33,226 bases of DNA from assembly GCA_020629895.1 (NCBI GenBank), contig JAHDCM010000001.1:5217-38442 (forward strand). Reading direction: 5' to 3'. The stretch comes from Bacteroidota bacterium (GTDB taxonomy: Bacteria > Bacteroidota > Bacteroidia > Chitinophagales > UBA2359). The translations under genes and the position numbers were made by a program. Shown here piece after piece: positions 28,108 through 33,226 of the stretch. Positions within the stretch are counted from its first letter, which is position 1, and each line of letters opens with the position of its first letter. The notes beneath the pieces are model-generated. The model worked only from the letters and a program-made list of their open reading frames with translations. It did no database searches and was not told where the DNA came from.

Positions 28108-29352
28108 ATGGCAGCAAATATAGATCTAGTTGAGTCGTTTCAAGAATTTAAGCAATTTAAAAATATTGACCGCCCAACAATGATGCGCGTTTTAGAAGAT
28201 GTCTTCAAAACGCTACTCCGAAAAAAATATGGTACTGATGAAAATTTTGACATTATTGTCAATACCGAAAAAGGAGACCTAGAAATATGGCGAAAAAGAA
28301 TGATTGTACCTGATGGAGAAGTGGTTGATTCGAACTTAGAAATTCCCTATTCACAAGCAATCAAAATTGAAGACGATTTTGAAGTTGGAGAAGAAGTTTA
28401 TGAGGAAATAACACTAATAGATTTCGGTAGAAGAGCAATTCTCGCTGCTCGACAAACATTGATCTCACGAATATTAGAACTAGAAAAAGACGAACTTTAT
28501 CGTAAATATAGTGAACGAGTAGGGGATATTGTGACTGGAGAAGTGTACCAAGTCTGGAAAAGAGAAATGTTGGTACTAGATGATGAAGGTAATGAATTGA
28601 TTCTCCCCAAATCAGAACAAATAAGAAACGATTATTATAAAAAAGGAGACTCTATAAGGGCAATTGTCAAAAAAGTAGAACTGAGAAATAATACCCCGCG
28701 TATTATTCTCTCTAGAACAGATAATTCTTTCCTCGCTAAATTACTCGAACTCGAAGTTCCTGAAATTTTTGAAGGAATGATCTCTATTAGACGAATCGCA
28801 AGAGAACCTGGAGAAAGAGCCAAAGTCGCTGTTGAGTCTTTTGATGATCGAATTGATCCTGTTGGTGCTTGTGTCGGAATGAAAGGGTCAAGAGTACATG
28901 GTATTGTTAGAGAATTGCGAAACGAAAATATCGACATTATCAACTTTACCAATAACGCAAAACTCTTTATCCAAAGAGCTTTAACACCCGCTAAAATATC
29001 AACGATTGATATAGATGATGATAATAAAAGGGTGTCAGCGTATCTTAAACCAGAAGAAGTTTCTAAGGCAATTGGTAAAGGTGGAGTAAATATTCGACTC
29101 GCATCTAAACTTACCAAATATGAGATTGATGTCTTCCGCGAAATAGAAGAAGATGAAGAGTATGACATCGAATTAGACGAATTCTCTGATGAAATTGATC
29201 AATGGGTCATTGAGGTATTGAAAGGAATTGGATGTGATACCGCCAAAAGTGTGCTTGAGTTGAACCGTGATGAACTTGCTAGAAGGTCTGACCTAGAAGA
29301 AGAAACCATTGAGGATGTAATCAAAGTGATTAGATCAGAATTTGATGAGTAA
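28108..29352 (+). CDS. nusA: transcription termination/antitermination factor NusA
   Basis: 414 aa. S1-like GDIVTGEVYQV and KH domains with DPVGACVGMKGSRVHGIVREL and AIGKGGVNIRLASKLT. Confidence 0.97.
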   Translation: MAANIDLVESFQEFKQFKNIDRPTMMRVLEDVFKTLLRKKYGTDENFDIIVNTEKGDLEIWRKRMIVPDGEVVDSNLEIPYSQAIKIEDDFEVGEEVYEEITLIDFGRRAILAARQTLISRILELEKDELYRKYSERVGDIVTGEVYQVWKREMLVLDDEGNELILPKSEQIRNDYYKKGDSIRAIVKKVELRNNTPRIILSRTDNSFLAKLLELEVPEIFEGMISIRRIAREPGERAKVAVESFDDRIDPVGACVGMKGSRVHGIVRELRNENIDIINFTNNAKLFIQRALTPAKISTIDIDDDNKRVSAYLKPEEVSKAIGKGGVNIRLASKLTKYEIDVFREIEEDEEYDIELDEFSDEIDQWVIEVLKGIGCDTAKSVLELNRDELARRSDLEEETIEDVIKVIRSEFDE

Positions 29353-29404
29353 GTAATGGGGACAAGTTATTCTTTAGCCATTCATTACATAGCATAAATA
29401 AATC

Positions 29405-29558
29405 GCGCAAGGGATAGTAGTGGTAGCTTGACGAAATAGCTGCTTTTGTGAAGCAAAAACTAGCGGGGCTGACGAAGGAAGACACCGCTAGGATTATGCT
29501 GAACTAGCAGCTATGAGACAACTACAAACGGATAGCCCGACCCAACGGGTTGCGCCCC
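29405..29558 (+). repeat. Family-B structured repeat, copy B4 (minimal version)
   Basis: Carries all conserved blocks and the invariant loop (29467-29484). Terminal pairing is changed to GCGCAA (29405-29410) with TTGCGC (29550-29555), the second helix to ATAGCTGC/GCAGCTAT, and the loop-closing stem to CTAGCGG/CCGCTAG. The variable hairpin slot is almost empty. Confidence 0.85.
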
Positions 29559-29589
29559 AAAATAAATTTAAATGCATTGGCATTTTATT

Positions 29590-29751
29590 AGTAAAGATGA
29601 AAAAATAAATTGATCAAATATTGCTAGACTATTTGCTAATAAGACAAGGCGAAAAACGTAGGCATAGCCGTAGGCTCTGGCGAGGCTTTTCAACGTAGTA
29701 TTGTTAGCAAAAAGGCAGCTAGATTGGGCAATTTATTCTTTCCTCTTTACT
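29590..29751 (+). repeat. Family-A structured repeat, copy A3
   Basis: Arms agtaaagatgaaaaaataaattgatc... / ...aatttattctttcctctttact. Inner stem 29632-29642 pairs with 29701-29711 with one U.G. Apex AAACGTAGGCATAGCC...GGCGAGGCTTTTCAAC (29679-29694). Confidence 0.8.
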
Positions 29752-29871
29752 TAAAAGAAAGGAAAATCAAATAGTTGTGTAGCCTTCTTGCTTTATTGAG
29801 AAGAACAGATATTCGGTTTTACCATAAATAAAGTTTAATAACAAATACTTAACTAGAGATTAATAGCTTAC

Positions 29872-32800
29872 ATGACAGGCACCAAAAAGGGAGTTAGATT
29901 AGTCAAAGTAGCAAAGGAGATCAATGTCGGAATTGATACTATTTGTGAACATCTCAGGAAAAAAGGTTTTAAAGTAGAAGCCAAACCTACTACAAAACTG
30001 ACTCCTGAAATGTATCAGGTATTGCTGAAGGATTTTAAAGATCAAATCGTTCTTAAAGAGCAAGCCGAGCAAATTAACTTCAGAAACTCTACCAAAAAAG
30101 AGGAAGAGAAAAGCGAAGTAAAAACGCAGGAGCTTAACAAAGATAAAGTCCCACCGGCAACAGTACCACTCAAGGAAGAGATCCCAACTACGACTAAACA
30201 ATCTATCGTACAGAAAGAAACTACATTACCTGATAAAGAAATCAATCAGGATAAGGAAAGCTCTATCTTGTCTGAAGTAGTAGAAGTAGGAAATAAAGTT
30301 GAAGCAGAAAAGACACCAAGCATATCACCGCCTCCAGTCGATGAACCGAAAGTTGAGCCAGAACCAAAAGTTGAGCCAGAACCAGTAACAGCCAAAGAAG
30401 AACCTGTTATTGTTAAGAGTGCTACTCCTGATAAAATAGTTGCACCAAGTGAGAAAAAGGTTGACGAACCACAACCTCAACCTGTTGCTGAGGTACCTGT
30501 GGTGAAAAGTGAACCTAAGAAAGATCCCTTGCTGGTTGTGGAAAAACCCGAATTGGAAAAACCAAAGGTGGTTGGTAAAATAGACTTGTCTAAACCTGTT
30601 CAAAAGGAAGCTCCTAAAAAAGAGGTGGTAAAACAAGACGTTCCTAAAAAAGAGGTGGTAAAACAAGAAGCTCCCAAAGTAGAAAAACCTAAAAAAGAAA
30701 CTGTAAAGAAGGAAGATAAAGTGGTAGAGGCTAAAAAAATAACTACACCACCCCCGCCACCGAAAAAAGAAAGAATCCCTAAGAAACAAGTACAAAATAC
30801 GCCGCCTCCCAAAAAAGAGCAACCCAAAAGAACTGCTCCCAAAGTTGAAGCGACGAAAACAACAAAGCAGAGGGAAACAACTCCTACTCCTGAACTCAAA
30901 CGAGTGAAGGCTCCTAAACTTACTGGGCCTAAAGTAATTGGTAAAATTGAACTGCCGACTAAACAGGAGAAAAGTGCTGCTGATAAAAAGAAACGTCGTA
31001 GAAAACGGATTGTAAAGCCTGCCACGAACCGACCTCCTCGAAATAACAATAACAACAAAGGAGATGAGAAGAAAAGTGCAGGAGGAAATAATAACACTAG
31101 ATCTGGAGGAGGCGATCGTCGTAATAGTAGAGGTAGAGGACGTAATAATGACCGTCGAAGAGGTGCCAACAAAAAGAAAGAGCCAGAATTACAAGTATCA
31201 GAAAAGGAAATTCAAGATAAGATTAGAGCAACCATGGCCAAATTAGGTGGCGGTGGTAAAGGTAAAACGAATCGAGCCAAATTTAAACGCCAAAGACGAG
31301 AAGCCGCTGCTGCTAATCAAAGTCAAGAAGAACAAAAAGATAAGAGTTTACTTCAAGTAACAGAGTTCATCTCTGCCAATGAGTTGGCAAATATTATGGA
31401 GGTATCGGTTACCCAAATTATTACTACTTGTTTCAACTTGGGTATCATCGTTTCTATCAATCAACGACTAGATGCTGAGTTGATCGAATTGGTAACCGAG
31501 GAATTTGGATATGAAGTAGAGTTTATTAGTGTAACCGAACAAGATGATGAAATCATTGAGGAAGAGGATGATCCAGCAAAATTAAAAGATCGCTCTCCTA
31601 TTGTGACCATTATGGGACATGTTGATCATGGTAAAACATCTTTACTGGATTATATCAGGAGCGCGAATGTAGTAGCTGGTGAGGTTGGAGGAATTACCCA
31701 GCATATCGGTGCTTATGAGGTAACAACAGATTCGGGTAAACAAATTACTTTCCTTGATACACCAGGTCACGAAGCCTTTACAGCAATGAGGGCGAGAGGG
31801 GCAAAAGTAACGGATGTTGCCGTAATTGTGATTGCTGCTGACGATAATATCATGCCGCAAACAAAAGAGGCAATCAGTCACGCACAGGCAGCAGATGTAC
31901 CTATGATTTTTGCAATCAACAAGATTGATAAGCCAGATGCTAATCCTGAAAAAATCAAACAGGAATTAGCAAGTATGAACCTCTTGGTAGAAGACTGGGG
32001 AGGAACCTATCAATCACAAGAAATATCAGCGAAACAAGGATTGAATATTGATGAGCTTCTAGAAAAGATTCTATTAGAAGCAGAATTGCTAGAGCTGAAA
32101 GCAAATCCTGATCGAAACGCTGTTGGTACCGTAGTGGAAGCCTCACTTGATAAAGGACGAGGGTATGTAACAACAGTTCTCGTGCAAACTGGTACAATGA
32201 GTGTCGGAGATGTGATCGTAGCAGGGCAATATAGTGGTAAGGTAAAAGCTCTTTATAATGAAAGAGGACAGGAAGTAAAAGAGGCAGGACCAGCAACACC
32301 TGTATTAGTGTTAGGGCTTAATGGCGCACCACAAGCTGGAGATAAAATGCGTGTGATGGACTCTGAACAAGAGGCAAGAGCAGTGGCTAATAAGCGAGAG
32401 CAGATTATGCGAGAACAGCAGCAACGTGCTAATAAGCATATTACGCTTGATGAAATTGGTCGTCGATTGGCTTTAGGAAACTTCAAAGAACTAAACCTTA
32501 TCGTAAAGGGAGATGTAGATGGTTCCGTAGAAGCTCTTTCCGATTCCTTACTCAAACTGTCTACCGAAGAAATCCAAGTGCGTATCATTCACCGATCAGT
32601 AGGAGCAATCAAAGAGTCAGATGTACTGCTCGCAAGTGCCTCCGATGCAATTATTATCGGTTTCCAAGTGCGACCAACACCAAATGCGCGTAGAAAAGCA
32701 GAAGGAGAAAGCATTGACATCCGTATGTATTCGATTATATACGATGCCATTGAGGAAATTAAGTCGGCAATGGAAGGAATGCTCGAACCTAAGTTTGAAG

Positions 32801-33099
32801 AACGCTTTGTATGTAATATTGAGGTGAAGGATGTCTTCAAGATTACACGTGTAGGTACTATCGCTGGATGTTTTGTTAGTGAAGGAAAGGTAACTAGAGA
32901 TACTAAAGTCCGTTTATTAAGAGATGGTATTGTGATCTATACAGGTGAGATTGCTAGTTTGAAGCGTTTTAAAGATGACGTGAAAGATGTACTGCCTGGA
33001 CAAGAGTGTGGTATCGGACTTAAAAACTATAACGATATTAAGGCAGGAGATATGATTGAAGGGTACGAAGAAATAGAAATCAAACGTAAACTTCGTTAA
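29872..33099 (+). CDS. infB: translation initiation factor IF-2 with a long K/P/E-rich N-terminal region
   Basis: 1075 aa. The N-terminal IF2_N-like segment is followed by ~450 aa of low complexity, then the GTPase motifs [20 protein letters not shown] and NKIDK and the C-terminal IF-2 domains. Confidence 0.97.
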   Translation: MTGTKKGVRLVKVAKEINVGIDTICEHLRKKGFKVEAKPTTKLTPEMYQVLLKDFKDQIVLKEQAEQINFRNSTKKEEEKSEVKTQELNKDKVPPATVPLKEEIPTTTKQSIVQKETTLPDKEINQDKESSILSEVVEVGNKVEAEKTPSISPPPVDEPKVEPEPKVEPEPVTAKEEPVIVKSATPDKIVAPSEKKVDEPQPQPVAEVPVVKSEPKKDPLLVVEKPELEKPKVVGKIDLSKPVQKEAPKKEVVKQDVPKKEVVKQEAPKVEKPKKETVKKEDKVVEAKKITTPPPPPKKERIPKKQVQNTPPPKKEQPKRTAPKVEATKTTKQRETTPTPELKRVKAPKLTGPKVIGKIELPTKQEKSAADKKKRRRKRIVKPATNRPPRNNNNNKGDEKKSAGGNNNTRSGGGDRRNSRGRGRNNDRRRGANKKKEPELQVSEKEIQDKIRATMAKLGGGGKGKTNRAKFKRQRREAAAANQSQEEQKDKSLLQVTEFISANELANIMEVSVTQIITTCFNLGIIVSINQRLDAELIELVTEEFGYEVEFISVTEQDDEIIEEEDDPAKLKDRSPIVTIMGHVDHGKTSLLDYIRSANVVAGEVGGITQHIGAYEVTTDSGKQITFLDTPGHEAFTAMRARGAKVTDVAVIVIAADDNIMPQTKEAISHAQAADVPMIFAINKIDKPDANPEKIKQELASMNLLVEDWGGTYQSQEISAKQGLNIDELLEKILLEAELLELKANPDRNAVGTVVEASLDKGRGYVTTVLVQTGTMSVGDVIVAGQYSGKVKALYNERGQEVKEAGPATPVLVLGLNGAPQAGDKMRVMDSEQEARAVANKREQIMREQQQRANKHITLDEIGRRLALGNFKELNLIVKGDVDGSVEALSDSLLKLSTEEIQVRIIHRSVGAIKESDVLLASASDAIIIGFQVRPTPNARRKAEGESIDIRMYSIIYDAIEEIKSAMEGMLEPKFEERFVCNIEVKDVFKITRVGTIAGCFVSEGKVTRDTKVRLLRDGIVIYTGEIASLKRFKDDVKDVLPGQECGIGLKNYNDIKAGDMIEGYEEIEIKRKLR
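30343..30384 (+). repeat. in-frame 18-nt tandem repeat (EPKVEP x2.3) in infB
   Basis: gaaccgaaagttgagcca / gaaccaaaagttgagcca / gaacca, read directly. Confidence 0.9.
30607..30680 (+). repeat. in-frame 30-nt tandem repeat ([10 protein letters not shown] x2 plus a partial unit) in infB
   Basis: gaagctcctaaaaaagaggtggtaaaacaa / gacgttcctaaaaaagaggtggtaaaacaa / gaagctcccaaagta... Confidence 0.9.
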
Positions 33100-33132
33100 G
33101 TAACTCCTCTTTGTAAGAAACTTAGTTTCTGT

Positions 33133-33169
33133 AAAAAATCCCTATCTTGAAAAAGATAGGGATTTTTTT
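33133..33169 (+). terminator. intrinsic terminator after infB
   Basis: aaaaaatccctatct / agatagggatttttt is a perfect stem with loop tgaaaa, followed by T7. Lies 34 nt after the infB stop. Confidence 0.85.
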
Positions 33170-33226
33170 GCCTTAATACATATAACAAAGCCATGCAACT
33201 CGTTCTAAAATATCAATTACAAGGAC

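Noticed and set aside
28635-29168. Long antisense ORFs: 177 aa opposite nusA, 131 aa opposite rpsE (19049-19444), 165 and 190 aa opposite infB (30325-31172), 114 and 111 aa opposite infB (31955-32588), and many 60-110-aa ORFs opposite other genes.
   Set aside because: All are shadow ORFs inside confidently identified, highly conserved + strand genes. Their sequences are low-complexity or Ser/Leu-rich and show no recognisable motifs.
3035-29751. Whether the interspersed repeats could be a CRISPR array or IS element ends.
   Set aside because: Copies are kilobases apart, 150-240 nt long and individually structured, so there are no short regularly spaced direct repeats. No transposase, integrase or cas ORF occurs anywhere in the window. 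No terminal inverted repeats longer than 5 nt or target-site duplications were seen for Family B.
33193-33226. ATG at 33193 (MQLVLKYQLQG...) running off the window end.
   Set aside because: Only 11 codons are visible, which is too short to support a gene call or any identification.

Overview
All confident genes are on the + strand, and the window is a Bacteroidota-type core housekeeping locus. Evidence for that placement: a T9SS type-B C-terminal sorting domain, TAnnTTTG -7 boxes, fusA followed directly by rpsJ with no tuf, and a Cys-poor L36.

Gene order: 3' end of sdhC, sdhA, sdhB; a 916-aa T9SS-sorted surface protein; riboflavin synthase; then the full ribosomal-protein supercluster and its usual neighbours. 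That cluster reads rpsL-rpsG-fusA-rpsJ-rplC-rplD-rplW-rplB-rpsS-rplV-rpsC-rplP-rpmC-rpsQ-rplN-rplX-rplE-rpsN | rpsH-rplF-rplR-rpsE-rpmD-rplO-secY | map-infA-rpmJ-rpsM | rpsK-rpsD-rpoA | rplQ | rimP-nusA | infB. Two genes too short for the ORF track were found by hand: rpmD (19625-19804) and rpmJ (23445-23561).

I see no defence system, CRISPR array, transposase, integrase, tRNA or rRNA, and no novel protein-coding system. The unexpected content is non-coding. Two families of interspersed structured repeats sit in exactly the spacers that are abnormally long (marked | above, plus sdhB|T9SS gene and ribE|rpsL).

- Family B has 4 copies of about 154-243 nt, two in each orientation. It has invariant sequence blocks, an invariant 18-nt purine-rich loop (GGCTGACGAAGGAAGACA), compensatory changes in three helices, and a hairpin slot that differs completely between copies.
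- Family A has 3 full copies plus 1 degenerate copy, all on the + strand. Each is a long imperfect hairpin with a conserved asymmetric apex (GGCGAGGCTTTCTAAC) and G.U-type pairs that only work on the + strand.

I do not recognise either family as a known RNA or mobile element, and they are the best candidates here for something undescribed. Function, mobility and transcription cannot be determined from this window.

Smaller observations: a C9 homopolymer inside the T9SS cargo gene; a terminator plus promoter splitting the spc operon between rpsN and rpsH; a terminator-like hairpin in the rimP-nusA leader; an acidic C-terminal tail on L17; and in-frame tandem repeats in the long K/P/E-rich N-terminus of IF-2.
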